Positions 34,861 through 44,941 of a stretch of 64,000 nucleotides of DNA are shown piece after piece. This stretch comes from Bacillota bacterium (lineage in GTDB: Bacteria > Bacillota > Clostridia > Acetivibrionales > JAMNXU01). A program made the position numbers and the translations under genes. Where the stretch lies: positions 20,967-84,966 of the forward strand of contig JAMNXU010000010.1 of NCBI GenBank assembly GCA_023623175.1, written 5' to 3'. A model generated the notes under the pieces. It was not told the DNA's origin. It ran no database searches and was given only the letters and a program-made list of their open reading frames with translations. Numbering within the stretch: position 1 is the stretch's first letter; the number at the start of each line of letters is the position of its first letter.

Positions 34861-35679
34861 ATGAACGGTAAAATTGGATTTATAGGTGCCGGGAATATGG
34901 GTTCGGCGATGATAAAAGCCGTTGTTTCAAAGAAAGTTGTAAATCCTTCGGATGTACTCGCCGCCGATGCGGACGGGGATAAGCTCCGAAAAATTGCTGC
35001 CGAGACAGGGATTCAGACAGAACAAAGAAACATTGAAGTAGTGAGGAAATCCGACATCATAATATTGGCGGTAAAACCCAATGTCGTCGGATCCGTTCTT
35101 GAAGAATGCAAATCTGACTTTGGCGGCGGAAAAATTCTCGTGTCCTTTGCGGTAGGCATACCTATCCGGTTCTACAAAAAAATTCTCGGCGACAGCGCAA
35201 AAATAATCAGGACGATGCCCAATACTCCCGTCCTGGTGGGAGAGGGCATGACATTGCTGAGCTGCGACTCGTGCGTCAGCGCTGAAGAGCTGGCCGCGGT
35301 CAGAAGATTGTTTGACTGTGTAGGCAAAACCGAAATACTGGATGAAAGGCTTATGAATGAAGTCACTGCACTGACGGGCAGCAGCCCCGCTTATGTTTTC
35401 ATGTTTATCGAGGCTATGGCGGACGCTGCCGTTATGTCCGGAATACCGAGGAACCTGGCATATAAGCTCGCTGCGCAGAGCGTCCTGGGCTCGGCCAAAA
35501 TGGTGCTTGAAACAGGCAGGCATCCCGGGGAACTCAAGGACCAGGTTTGTTCGCCGGCGGGCACTACGATTGAAGCCGTGGCGGCCCTGGAGAAGAACGG
35601 TTTCAGGTACGCAGTTATAGAAGCAATGAACAAATGCGCGAAAAGAGCGGTGGAAATAAGCAAACTGATGGAGGACTAA
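34861..35679 (+). CDS. proC: pyrroline-5-carboxylate reductase
   Basis: IGFIGAGNMGSAM Rossmann motif and a C-terminal SPAGTTIE block. ATG follows GGGGAGG. Confidence 0.93.
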   Translation: MNGKIGFIGAGNMGSAMIKAVVSKKVVNPSDVLAADADGDKLRKIAAETGIQTEQRNIEVVRKSDIIILAVKPNVVGSVLEECKSDFGGGKILVSFAVGIPIRFYKKILGDSAKIIRTMPNTPVLVGEGMTLLSCDSCVSAEELAAVRRLFDCVGKTEILDERLMNEVTALTGSSPAYVFMFIEAMADAAVMSGIPRNLAYKLAAQSVLGSAKMVLETGRHPGELKDQVCSPAGTTIEAVAALEKNGFRYAVIEAMNKCAKRAVEISKLMED

Positions 35680-36141
35680 ATGAAGCTGGTTGAAATATAC
35701 ACGGACGGCGCCTGTTCCGGCAATCCCGGTCCGGGCGGATGGGGAGCCATTCTTAAGTATGGTGACATTGAAAAGGAGATATCCGGGTATGAAGAGAATA
35801 CGACCAATAACAGGATGGAACTTATTGCAGCCATAGAAGCGCTGAAACTTCTCAAACGGCCCTGCCGCGTTCACCTGTACAGTGACAGCGCCTATCTCGT
35901 AAACGCCTTTAATAACAACTGGGTTCAACAGTGGAACAAAAACGGATGGATAAATGCTAAACGCGATGAAGTGAAAAACAAGGGCCTGTGGCAGCAGTTG
36001 CTGGAACTGAGCAGGATCCATGAAATAACATGGATTAAGGTAAAAGGCCACAGTGACAACGAGTACAACAATCGCTGCGACAGGCTGGCCAACGCTGAGA
36101 TAGAAAAACACAGGGAACAGGCTCAAAAGCAAAATCAATAG
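35680..36141 (+). CDS. rnhA: ribonuclease HI
   Basis: Contains YTDGACSGNPGPGGWG, NNRMEL, YSDS and WIKVKGHSDNEYNNRCD catalytic DEDD-context blocks. Confidence 0.9.
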   Translation: MKLVEIYTDGACSGNPGPGGWGAILKYGDIEKEISGYEENTTNNRMELIAAIEALKLLKRPCRVHLYSDSAYLVNAFNNNWVQQWNKNGWINAKRDEVKNKGLWQQLLELSRIHEITWIKVKGHSDNEYNNRCDRLANAEIEKHREQAQKQNQ

Positions 36142-36241
36142 CTTTCTATAAAAAAAATATTTCTATAAAAAAATAAAAATAAATTTAAAAATTAACTAGC
36201 ATTTAAGATAAATGGACTGGTTAAAATAACAGCCATTATTT

Positions 36242-36379
36242 TTATTTTATTTTTATAAGCATTTCATTTATAGCCTCTTCCAGTTTCGAAAAGCTGTTGT
36301 TCAATTCTCTGAGCTGCTGCATTATCTCATGGCGTTTCCCAGCAATAACCAGGCTTTTTTCAAATACATACTGATGCAT
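36242..36379 (-). CDS. hypothetical 45-aa helical peptide
   Basis: Not in the ORF track. GGGAGGAA lies 7 nt upstream of the ATG. Translation is MHQYVFEKSLVIAGKRHEIMQQLRELNNSFSKLEEAINEMLIKIK. Confidence 0.3.
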   Translation of the reverse strand: MHQYVFEKSLVIAGKRHEIMQQLRELNNSFSKLEEAINEMLIKIK

Positions 36380-36569
36380 GCGGCGTTCCTCCCGGGGGTT
36401 ACTGGATTTCCACGTTTATTATATTCACAAAAGCTGTCAAATATTTATATCTATCGGAAAGCACAGGTTTTTTTGCTTCCTTTAGGCCTCGGGTTTACAA
36501 AACCGTCAATAATGTAATTTTTTTTTGTCAAGGCGCATAGAATTCAATTAGGCAAACAAAAGAAAGGAA

Positions 36570-37220
36570 GTGCCGCCTTTGCTTTTGCAACTGCGCGACG
36601 CATTTGGTTTACATATCAGAAATAACATGAAGAAATACATCTGGCTTATAGCTGCTTTTGCCGCCGGAACGGCCGTGGGCGCCTTCACCGTAAACGGGCT
36701 GAGCCCCGTCCAGAGGGAAGAACTGAACTATTATTTTCAGGGGTTTCTGCACCTTTTGGGGAATCAGAATATAAACGGCAGCGAGCTCATGAAGCTGTCA
36801 CTGATCAGGAATCTCCGGCTTGCGGCGGTTTTGTGGCTCCTGGGCGCGACAATAGTAGGCATTCCTTTAATCTTTGTGGTTATCGGAATTAATGGATTTA
36901 TCACGGGTTTTACGTCGGGTTTTGTCATCCAGTCAGCAGGAATGAAAGGGCTTCTCTTTACGGTCCTGGGTCTGCTCCCCGGGAAAATACTTATGATACC
37001 CTGCATTATTTCCCTTGGAGTTTTTGGAATAAACTTTTCTCTGAGCATTATAAAGAACAGGTCCAAAAGGTCTTTTTCCAGGGAGAGCTTAAAAAATGAT
37101 TTCATGGCCTATTGCCTTGTTACTATGATGTTTTGCGCGATAATATTCGCGGGGTGCCTTGTTGAGGCGTACATCGCCCCGGTATTTATACGCATGATTG
37201 CTCCGGTTATTGCTTCATGA
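36570..37220 (+). CDS. spoIIM: stage II sporulation protein M
   Basis: 5-TM DUF95-type protein. N-terminus aligns by eye with Bacillus SpoIIM. The start is ambiguous: GTG 36570, TTG 36579 (better spacing to AGAAAGGAAG) or ATG 36627. Confidence 0.8.
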   Translation: MPPLLLQLRDAFGLHIRNNMKKYIWLIAAFAAGTAVGAFTVNGLSPVQREELNYYFQGFLHLLGNQNINGSELMKLSLIRNLRLAAVLWLLGATIVGIPLIFVVIGINGFITGFTSGFVIQSAGMKGLLFTVLGLLPGKILMIPCIISLGVFGINFSLSIIKNRSKRSFSRESLKNDFMAYCLVTMMFCAIIFAGCLVEAYIAPVFIRMIAPVIAS

Positions 37221-37670
37221 AGGGAATGCGCTGGTAAATAAATAAAGCAGTATAGGGGGAAATCCGGAAAACTTCTCCAACATGCTGAAAAACGCATTAA
37301 ACCGGTATTATGCGGGGTAAAGAAAGTGAAATACTGTGAAAAATATCATTGTGTATAAATATTAGTGAATAAATATTTATAAAATTATATAATTTGGTGT
37401 ATACGTAACAAATAAACAGGTAATAATTACTAATAAACATGAGTATTATTATTTTGAGCAATTGACTTAAACAGGCAGAGCAGTGGCAAAATAGCAAAAA
37501 ACAAAAAATTTTAACTTTAATAGAAAAATATTCTTTCAATATATCGAATAATGTAATATTATATATTATATAATATACGTCCGTTTACATGGGAAAAAAC
37601 CAGTGCTATGGTTTTCATAGGCGATAATATATTGCATAAAAATGAATTTTCGGGAAAAGGAGTTGTGTTA

Positions 37671-38555
37671 ATGGAAGCTTTAATTGAAAAATTCATGGAT
37701 TTTCTTGAAAATGATAAACGGCTTTCTGCAAATACACTTCAATCCTATAAAAGAGATATAGAACAGTACATATCCTACCTGCGCGAAATGAATCTCAACA
37801 GCATAGCCAACACCAACAAAACTACGGTAATAGCCTACCTGCTTCACCTGCAGAAAAAAGGCCGCGCCACATCTACGATTTCCAGGAACCTCGCATCCAT
37901 AAGGGCGTTCTACCAGTTTTCAGCAAGGAACAAGCTTGTGGATTCCGATCCCACCGCGGACCTTGAATCGCCAAAAGTGGAAAAGAGATTGCCGCAGATA
38001 TTGTCAACGCAGGAAGTCGAATTGCTCCTGGATCAGCCCAAGTGCGTGGACCTGAAGGGATACAGGGACAAGGCAATGCTGGAGCTCCTGTATGCGACGG
38101 GGATCAGGGTGTCTGAACTCATTTCCCTCGATGTGGATGATATTGACATGGAATTAAGCTATGTCCGGTGCAACAAGGGTTCAAGGGAAAGGGTAATTCC
38201 CATCGGTTCCCTCGCAATGAACGCGCTCCAGGATTATCTCGAAAAAGCCAGGCCGTTGCTTGTACAGAATGAAAACGAGAAAGCTCTTTTTGTTAACGTT
38301 AACGGCACTCGCCTGACAAGGCAGGGATTCTGGAAAATTATCAAGCAGTACAAGAACCAGGCAAAGATAAACAAGGACATTACGCCCCATACGCTGCGCC
38401 ATTCCTTTGCAGCTCACCTTCTGGAAAACGGAGCCGATTTGAGGTCAATTCAGGAGATGCTCGGTCATTCAGACATTTCGTCAACCCAGATATACGCCCA
38501 GATAGCTAAGAACAGGATCAGGGAGGTATACAAGAAAACCCATCCGAGGGCGTGA
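37671..38555 (+). CDS. xerD: site-specific tyrosine recombinase XerD
   Basis: Core-binding N domain (LSANTLQSYKRDI) and catalytic residues in ATGIRVSEL...HTLRHSFAAHLL...LGHSDISSTQIY. AAGGAG RBS. Confidence 0.9.
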   Translation: MEALIEKFMDFLENDKRLSANTLQSYKRDIEQYISYLREMNLNSIANTNKTTVIAYLLHLQKKGRATSTISRNLASIRAFYQFSARNKLVDSDPTADLESPKVEKRLPQILSTQEVELLLDQPKCVDLKGYRDKAMLELLYATGIRVSELISLDVDDIDMELSYVRCNKGSRERVIPIGSLAMNALQDYLEKARPLLVQNENEKALFVNVNGTRLTRQGFWKIIKQYKNQAKINKDITPHTLRHSFAAHLLENGADLRSIQEMLGHSDISSTQIYAQIAKNRIREVYKKTHPRA

Positions 38556-38650
38556 AGGAATTTATTTAACAACATGGATCAAAAAGGGCTGGTCATAAAA
38601 AAAGAAGGGGGTACGGGTAAAAAATATTATATAATATCAATGAGACAGGA

Positions 38651-38686
38651 CAAAAGGGCATGCTTTCCGAAAATGCCCTTTTAGTT
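38651..38686 (+). terminator. rho-independent terminator after xerD
   Basis: Stem aaaagggcat/atgccctttt followed by a T-run. Confidence 0.65.
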
Positions 38687-38752
38687 TGCTTTCATTTTTC
38701 AAAGGGTAATAAAAGATTGAATGGGAAATACAAGGGAAAAGGGCGATGGACA

Positions 38753-39928
38753 ATGAAAAGAGCTGTTATGATAGTGATGGACGGCACAGGAGTGGGTGAG
38801 CTTCCTGACAGTCACAGGTACGGTGACGAAGGCAGCGATACGCTCGGAAACATCTTGCGCAGCCTGCCGGATTTGAGACTTCCAAACCTGGAAAAACTTG
38901 GCCTCGGCAATATAGAAGGTATTAAAGCCCTGCCGGAAGCGCCAAAGCCCATGGCTTGTTTTGGAAGGATGGCAGAAGCTTCGGCCGGAAAGGACACTAC
39001 GACTGGTCACTGGGAAATTGCCGGGATAATAATGGACAGGCCTTTTCCCACTTATCCCGGGGGCTTTCCCGAAAAAATCATTGCGGAATTTGAAAGGCTT
39101 ACGGGAAGAAAAACACTGGGTAATTACCCCGCATCGGGAACTGAAATAATCAAGAGATTAGGAGATGAACACGTCAGGACAGGCTATCCGATTATTTACA
39201 CATCGGCCGACAGCGTGTTCCAGATAGCCGCCCATGAAGACGTCATACCCGTTGAAAGTCTTTATGAGATGTGCCTCATTGCAAGAAAGCTGCTTAGGGA
39301 AGAACATGCAGTGGCTCGCGTGATAGCAAGACCTTTTACGGGAAAATCAGGCAGTTACAGGAGAACAGACGCCCGTCGTGACTTCTCCGTTGATCCTCCT
39401 GCTACGACGCTGCTGGACCTGGTATCTGCGTCGGGAATGGAAGTTAAGGCCGTTGGAAAAATAACCGACATATTTAACGGGCGCGGTATTACCGAAAGCG
39501 TTAAAACCCATGATAACCGCGACGGCGTTATGAAAACGCTGGAACTTATCGGGCAGGACTTCGAAGGCCTTATTTTTACAAACCTCGTCGATTTTGACAT
39601 GAAGTACGGCCACAGAAATGACGTCCACGGTTTTGCCAGGGCGCTTGCCGAATTTGACGAAGTGCTGCCTCAAATAATCGATTCTTTAAAGCCGCATGAC
39701 CTGCTGATTATTACTGCCGATCACGGCTGTGACCCTACTACTCCGAGTACCGACCATTCAAGGGAATATGTGCCGCTGCTTGTGTACTCAAAATCCGCCG
39801 CGGGCGGCCGGAACCTTGGAACCAGGAAGACATTCGCCGACGCAGGCGCTACCGTGGCAGAGTACCTTGGAGTCGGACTGCTGAAAGCCGGAACAAGTTT
39901 CCTGGATAAATTAGAAATAAAACTTTAG
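38753..39928 (+). CDS. deoB: phosphopentomutase
   Basis: Contains [35 protein letters not shown] and TADHGCDP motifs. Confidence 0.93.
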   Translation: MKRAVMIVMDGTGVGELPDSHRYGDEGSDTLGNILRSLPDLRLPNLEKLGLGNIEGIKALPEAPKPMACFGRMAEASAGKDTTTGHWEIAGIIMDRPFPTYPGGFPEKIIAEFERLTGRKTLGNYPASGTEIIKRLGDEHVRTGYPIIYTSADSVFQIAAHEDVIPVESLYEMCLIARKLLREEHAVARVIARPFTGKSGSYRRTDARRDFSVDPPATTLLDLVSASGMEVKAVGKITDIFNGRGITESVKTHDNRDGVMKTLELIGQDFEGLIFTNLVDFDMKYGHRNDVHGFARALAEFDEVLPQIIDSLKPHDLLIITADHGCDPTTPSTDHSREYVPLLVYSKSAAGGRNLGTRKTFADAGATVAEYLGVGLLKAGTSFLDKLEIKL

Positions 39929-39946
39929 CACCGGGGGGAATTTCCA

Positions 39947-41248
39947 ATGAGGATGGTTGACCTTATTATCAGTAAAAAAAGGGGACAGGCCCTTTCAAAA
40001 GACGAAATCAATTTTATAATAGAACGCTACATGGCGGGCGAAATACCCGATTACCAGATGTCGGCTTTCCTGATGGCTGTTTGTTTCAGGGGGATGAACC
40101 GCGATGAAACTGCGGCGCTGACCATGGCGCTTGTAAATTCCGGTGAAAAAATCGATCTCAGCCCAATTGAAGGTATCAAGGTCGACAAGCATTCATCTGG
40201 AGGTGTAGGCGACAAGCTGAGCCTGGTAATAGTTCCTCTATGCGCTTCTGTTGGAATCCCCGTTGCGAAAATGTCGGGAAGGGGGCTCGGGCATACCGGG
40301 GGCACAGTCGATAAGCTCGAATCCATTAAAGGCTTCAGGACGGAAATGAGCCGTGAAGAATTCATAAGCAATGTAAATAAAAGCGGGATGGCGCTGGTCG
40401 GCCAGTCCGCGAATCTGACGCCCGCGGACAAGAAACTGTATGCCCTCAGGGACGTTACGGGCACAGTTGACAGCATTCCGCTGATTGCCGCGTCAATTAT
40501 GAGCAAAAAGATTGCTGCGGGCGCTGACCGGATTGTACTGGACGTAAAGGCCGGTTCGGGAGCATTCATGAAAACCGTTGAGGAAGCTGAGGAACTGGCA
40601 AATGTGATGGTCGGGATAGGCAATTCCCTCGGCAAAAAAACCGTCGCTCTCGTGACCGACATGAGCCAGCCGCTCGGCAGGGAAGTGGGCAATGCCAATG
40701 AAGTGAGAGAAGCAATCGAAATCCTGCAGGGTATGGGAATGGAAGATGTTACGACAATAGCGCTGACCGTTGCCGCACACATGGCCGTGCTCGGAGAAGC
40801 TTTTGCGGAATTTGACAGTGCCTATGAGGGGCTTTTGGATGCTATAAAATCGGGACGCGCCCTGTCGAAGTTCAGGGAACTTGTCACACTCCAGGGCGGT
40901 GACGCTTCCGTTGTTGACAACCCGGACCTGCTGCCCCGGGCAGCCAGACATATTGATGTTATGGCGCCACAGGACGGATATGTTTTTTCCATCGACGCCG
41001 AGAAGATCGGGGTGGCTGCCATGCTTCTCGGTGCCGGAAGGAAGACCAAGGAAGACAGCATAGACCACAGCGCGGGCATAACGCTGCATGCAAAAACGGG
41101 CAAAAAGGTTTCACGCGGTGATGTTCTGCTTACACTGCACACAAACGTGAGCGACTGGTCCGAAGCCGAAAAACTCGCACTCGAAGCTTATGTCATAAGC
41201 CCAGAAAAACCAGCGCCGATAACATATATTCACAAAGTCATCGGTTAA
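39947..41248 (+). CDS. pdp: pyrimidine-nucleoside phosphorylase
   Basis: Contains KHSSGGVGDK, SGRGLGHTGGTVDKLES and LYALRDVTGTVDS motifs. 433 aa. Confidence 0.93.
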   Translation: MRMVDLIISKKRGQALSKDEINFIIERYMAGEIPDYQMSAFLMAVCFRGMNRDETAALTMALVNSGEKIDLSPIEGIKVDKHSSGGVGDKLSLVIVPLCASVGIPVAKMSGRGLGHTGGTVDKLESIKGFRTEMSREEFISNVNKSGMALVGQSANLTPADKKLYALRDVTGTVDSIPLIAASIMSKKIAAGADRIVLDVKAGSGAFMKTVEEAEELANVMVGIGNSLGKKTVALVTDMSQPLGREVGNANEVREAIEILQGMGMEDVTTIALTVAAHMAVLGEAFAEFDSAYEGLLDAIKSGRALSKFRELVTLQGGDASVVDNPDLLPRAARHIDVMAPQDGYVFSIDAEKIGVAAMLLGAGRKTKEDSIDHSAGITLHAKTGKKVSRGDVLLTLHTNVSDWSEAEKLALEAYVISPEKPAPITYIHKVIG

Positions 41249-41381
41249 ATGGATAATTTTAACCTTTAAATTGGATAACGCTGCCTGTATAATAAAATTA
41301 GCGCGGTATGGCCTGTTCAGAGCATATACGGGCAAGTATCGGCATAAAAATTACTAAAGACTAATCGGGGAGGGGCTCATT

Positions 41382-42611
41382 ATGTCCAAAAAAGCGTTTT
41401 TATGTTACCTGCTTACGGCAGTACTGTGCTTCGGAATTATAGCCGTTCCCGCAACTGCGGCTCCCGTGGACACTTCTGCCTATGACAGCGTGGAAGTTTC
41501 GAGGATTCTCCAGAATACCGATGTGCACAACCTGAAAGCTAAAGCGTCACTACTCATGGAAGTTTCAACGGGGAGAATACTCCTTGAAAAAAACATGCAT
41601 GAAAAATTGCCCCTTGCTAGTATTACAAAGGTAATGTCAATGCTTCTTTTCATGGAAGCCATTGATTCGGGGAAACTGTCCCTCGACGATATAGTCGTGG
41701 CTTCGGAACATGCGGCGAGCATGGGAGGATCCCAGGCATACATAGCTCCCGGCGAGCAGTTTACTGTAAGAGATGCCCTGAAGGCGGTTGCAATACATTC
41801 TTCCAATGATGTTACCGTTGCCCTCGCTGAAAAAATAGCTGGCAGCGAAGAAGTTTTCGTGGCAAGGATGAACCAGAAGGCCAAGGAACTCGGCATGAAA
41901 AACACGAATTTCCTTGACTGCACGGGCCTGGATGAAATCGAGTTTCCCGACCATTACAGCTCGGCCTATGACATCGCCATAATGTCAAGGGAACTGATCC
42001 TGAAGCATCCCAGCATCCTTGAATATACGGGTACATTTATCGATAAGTTCAGGGACGGAAAATTTGATCTTGTAAATACCAACAAGCTCGTCCACTTCTA
42101 CAACGGTTGCGACGGTCTTAAAACCGGTTATACATCAAAGGCGGGATATTGTCTCGCCGCAACGGCGGAACGTGACGGCATGAGGCTGATTTCCGTCATT
42201 CTTGGCGGACCCGACACCAATACCCGCTTTGCTGAGACAAGAAAGCTTCTTGATTACGGGTTTGCCAACTACCGGCTCATAACCAAGGACACGAAGGGCG
42301 ACGTCCTTGAAGGTCATGAGGCAATTATTAAAAAAGGCGTAAAAACGAAAGTGGCTCTGCGTTTCGGCGATGATGCCAAACTTTTGGTAAAATATGATGA
42401 GGCCGACAAAGTTGAAAGGGATGTAAGGCTTATTTCCAATATTACGGCGCCGGTGCAGGAAGGACAGAAACTTGGAACGGTCGTATACGTCTGCGACGGA
42501 AACGAAGTCGGACAGGTGGACCTTGTCGCGGCGGAGAAGGTAGACAAGGCGTCGTTTATAAGGCTCTTCTTCAGGATGATAGCGCGCTGGTTCGGATTCG
42601 GAAAGGAATAG
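41382..42611 (+). CDS. D-alanyl-D-alanine carboxypeptidase (S11, PBP5-like)
   Basis: Signal peptide, active-site SITKVM, SND and KTGYT motifs, and a C-terminal beta domain. Confidence 0.9.
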   Translation: MSKKAFLCYLLTAVLCFGIIAVPATAAPVDTSAYDSVEVSRILQNTDVHNLKAKASLLMEVSTGRILLEKNMHEKLPLASITKVMSMLLFMEAIDSGKLSLDDIVVASEHAASMGGSQAYIAPGEQFTVRDALKAVAIHSSNDVTVALAEKIAGSEEVFVARMNQKAKELGMKNTNFLDCTGLDEIEFPDHYSSAYDIAIMSRELILKHPSILEYTGTFIDKFRDGKFDLVNTNKLVHFYNGCDGLKTGYTSKAGYCLAATAERDGMRLISVILGGPDTNTRFAETRKLLDYGFANYRLITKDTKGDVLEGHEAIIKKGVKTKVALRFGDDAKLLVKYDEADKVERDVRLISNITAPVQEGQKLGTVVYVCDGNEVGQVDLVAAEKVDKASFIRLFFRMIARWFGFGKE

Positions 42612-42676
42612 CGACGATGCGCAGTTCAACTGAATAAATTGAAAGGAAAAAAAGTTGTCGCTGAAAGCTGTTAAAT

Positions 42677-42708
42677 AAGGGACGGTTCGGACCGCCCCTT
42701 ATTTTTAT
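42677..42708 (+). terminator. rho-independent terminator
   Basis: Stem aagggacggt/accgcccctt (1 mismatch) with a 4-nt loop and a T5 tract. Confidence 0.65.
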
Positions 42709-42721
42709 GCAGGAATTAATA

Positions 42722-42755
42722 TTGACTCCTGCAAAAAATCATGTTAACATGATTT
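42722..42755 (+). promoter_or_regulatory. candidate lysA promoter overlapped by a perfect 20-bp palindrome
   Basis: TTGACT (42722-42727), 17 nt, TGtTAACAT (42742-42750). The palindrome AAATCATGTTAACATGATTT spans 42736-42755. Confidence 0.4.
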
Positions 42756-42873
42756 CCATAATGTTAAAATCAAGGCATTTACAAGCGTTTTGATAACGTT
42801 AACCACTTAATACACTGCCTGAATAAACTGTATATTTGCAGGAAATTATTCATTATCCTACAAAATATGGACG

Positions 42874-44196
42874 GTGATTACTATATTGAACCTGAAGGGT
42901 CTGAGGATTAATGAAAGAAATCATCTTGAAATAGGCGGATGCGACTGCGTTGATCTTGTGCAGCAGTACGGAACGCCGCTCTATGTAATGGATGAAGACG
43001 TAATCAGGAACAACTGCAGAACGTATAAAAAAGCCCTCGACAAATATTACTCAGGGGACGGCATGGTGCTTTATGCCAGCAAGGCCTTCTGCACGCTGGC
43101 GATATGCAGAATAGCAGCGCAGGAGGGACTCGGGCTCGACGTGGTGTCGGGCGGCGAGCTTTATACGGCCAAAATGGCCCGGTTTCCCATGGACAGGGTC
43201 TATTTTCACGGAAACAACAAAACACCCGAAGAATTGAAAATGGCCGTGGAGCTTGGAGTAAGGCGCATTGTCGTGGACAATGCTGAAGAGCTGGAGGTGC
43301 TTGATTTCATTGCTTCCGAATGCGGCAGGATCACTGAAATTTCCTTCAGGATAAAACCGGGTATTGATACCCACACCCACGAATATATAAAGACAGGAAA
43401 GGTCGACAGCAAGTTTGGCATATCCATGGAAAACGGAGAAGCGTTTGACGCCGTAAAGGCCGCGCTGGCGATGAAAAATGTAAGGCTCGTGGGATTTCAC
43501 TGCCATATAGGGTCGCAGATCTTTGACATTGAACCGTTTAAACTTGCAGCAAGAGTAATGCTGGATTTCATTTCCGAAATAAAGACACGGTTTGGTTTTG
43601 AAGCACAGGAGCTGAATCTCGGCGGAGGGTTCGGAGTAAGGTACGTTGAAGGGGACGAAAGCGTAGACTATGATGAATTTATAAAAGAAGTCGCAGCCGT
43701 CGTGGAGGACATATGTAAAGACAGGCAGATAAGCCTTCCGTTCCTCGTGCTGGAGCCGGGCAGGTCAATAGTCGCACCGGCTGGCATTACGCTTTATACC
43801 GTCGGAAACGTCAGGGAGATCAAGGATGTCAGGAAATATGTTTCCATTGACGGGGGGATGACGGACAATCCGAGATACGCGCTGTATCGCGCAAAATATG
43901 AGATTTTGTTGGCAAACAGGTCCTGCGATGAACCCTGCGAAAAAGTGACCGTTGCGGGGAAATGCTGCGAATCCGGCGATATTATCGCAAAGGACGTAAT
44001 GCTGCCTCGGGTGAAACGCGGGGACATACTGGCAGTGTTGACGACGGGAGCATACAACTATTCAATGTCAAGCAATTATAACCGGTTGCCACGGCCTGCC
44101 GTGGTCCTCGTAAAGGACGGAAAATCAAGGATTATTGTAAAACGCGAAAGCTATGACGATATAATCCGCAACGACGTATTGCCCGAAGACCTTTAA
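42874..44196 (+). CDS. lysA: diaminopimelate decarboxylase
   Basis: Contains YGTPLYVMDED, YASKAF (PLP Lys), HCHIGSQ, GGGFGV and CESGD motifs. GTG start is uncertain. Confidence 0.93.
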   Translation: MITILNLKGLRINERNHLEIGGCDCVDLVQQYGTPLYVMDEDVIRNNCRTYKKALDKYYSGDGMVLYASKAFCTLAICRIAAQEGLGLDVVSGGELYTAKMARFPMDRVYFHGNNKTPEELKMAVELGVRRIVVDNAEELEVLDFIASECGRITEISFRIKPGIDTHTHEYIKTGKVDSKFGISMENGEAFDAVKAALAMKNVRLVGFHCHIGSQIFDIEPFKLAARVMLDFISEIKTRFGFEAQELNLGGGFGVRYVEGDESVDYDEFIKEVAAVVEDICKDRQISLPFLVLEPGRSIVAPAGITLYTVGNVREIKDVRKYVSIDGGMTDNPRYALYRAKYEILLANRSCDEPCEKVTVAGKCCESGDIIAKDVMLPRVKRGDILAVLTTGAYNYSMSSNYNRLPRPAVVLVKDGKSRIIVKRESYDDIIRNDVLPEDL

Positions 44197-44205
44197 TAAG
44201 ACGCT

Positions 44206-44835
44206 TTACATGTTCAGTATCCTGAAAATCAGGTTGTAAATCATGCCTGCAGGCAATCCTATGATATAATTGGCTGCAGGCGTTATTATTAGTAGGATAA
44301 GTATCAGCGTACCGTATTTCTCCAGCGCGAAAATAAAGTTCCTGAACCTGTAGGGAAGGAATCCCGATAAAACGTGAAATCCGTCAAGGGGCGGAACGGG
44401 CAAAATGTTCAGGATGAAAAGTATGCAGTTGATCACTATTGCTTTCAGGATAATTGTCTGCAAGTTGAAATATAATTTACCTGTTGTTACCGGGGCGACG
44501 AACATGAATTTCAGCGCCACCGCGAATAAAAAGGCCAGGATCAGGTTCGTAACGGGCCCTGCAGCAGAAACCAGTATGTCGTCCCTGCGGGGGTTTTTGA
44601 AATACCGGTGATTTACCTGCACGGGTTTTGCCCATCCGAAATTGAACAACAGCAAAAATAGAAAACCCACGGGATCGATGTGGGAAAGCGGGGAAATCGT
44701 GAGCCTGCCCTGGTTGCGCGGAGTAGGGTCGCCGAGCCTGTCGGCGACGAAAGCATGGGCAAATTCATGAAATGTCAGCCCGATGATTATTCCCGGTATG
44801 GATAAAAGCATTCCGACCAAATCAAACCTGTTCAT
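44206..44835 (-). CDS. site-2 protease family (M50) membrane metalloprotease
   Basis: HEFAHAFVA (HExxH) in TM1, NILPVPPLDG motif, 209 aa. Confidence 0.8.
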   Translation of the reverse strand: MNRFDLVGMLLSIPGIIIGLTFHEFAHAFVADRLGDPTPRNQGRLTISPLSHIDPVGFLFLLLFNFGWAKPVQVNHRYFKNPRRDDILVSAAGPVTNLILAFLFAVALKFMFVAPVTTGKLYFNLQTIILKAIVINCILFILNILPVPPLDGFHVLSGFLPYRFRNFIFALEKYGTLILILLIITPAANYIIGLPAGMIYNLIFRILNM

Positions 44836-44941
44836 TGCAAAACTCCCTGATTAGATGTTTTTTCCATTTTAGCAAATATCGGCGCCGTTTGTCCAGCTGG
44901 AGCCCTGCGACGGGCAATTTACTATTTCCTGCCCGCTTTTG

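Noticed and set aside
34927-36138. 403-aa ORF on the minus strand spanning the whole of proC and rnhA.
   Set aside because: Both plus-strand genes have unmistakable family motifs and proper RBSs. The antisense product is rich in F/R/C/H, has no recognisable motif and no RBS. Similar 200+ aa shadow ORFs lie opposite many genes here (10154-10804 vs sigA, 12840-13523, 19618-20304, 40051-40782, 55468-56103). This indicates a codon-usage artefact rather than a gene.
37297-37539. 80-aa minus-strand ORF in the spoIIM-xerD spacer.
   Set aside because: Its composition (F, I, L, Y, C, N) simply reflects AT-rich DNA. It has no RBS, and homopolymeric codon runs make it implausible as a protein.
37540-37600. 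dif-like XerCD site next to xerD (contains ATGTAAAC on the minus strand and TAATGTAATAT on the plus strand).
   Set aside because: Neither orientation gives the 11-6-11 arrangement of the Firmicute dif consensus (ACTTCCTAGAA-TATATA-TTATGTAAACT), and only one partial arm matches. dif is expected at the terminus, not necessarily near xerD.
37671-38555. Tyrosine recombinase as a marker of an integrated mobile element.
   Set aside because: The sequence and the context (spoIIM upstream, deoB-pdp downstream) are those of the chromosomal dimer-resolution recombinase XerD. There are no flanking repeats or phage or ICE genes.
42612-42873. Expected lysine (L-box) riboswitch upstream of lysA.
   Set aside because: No L-box core sequences or multi-stem architecture could be recognised in the 260-nt leader. 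The absence is reported under the palindrome finding rather than as a feature.
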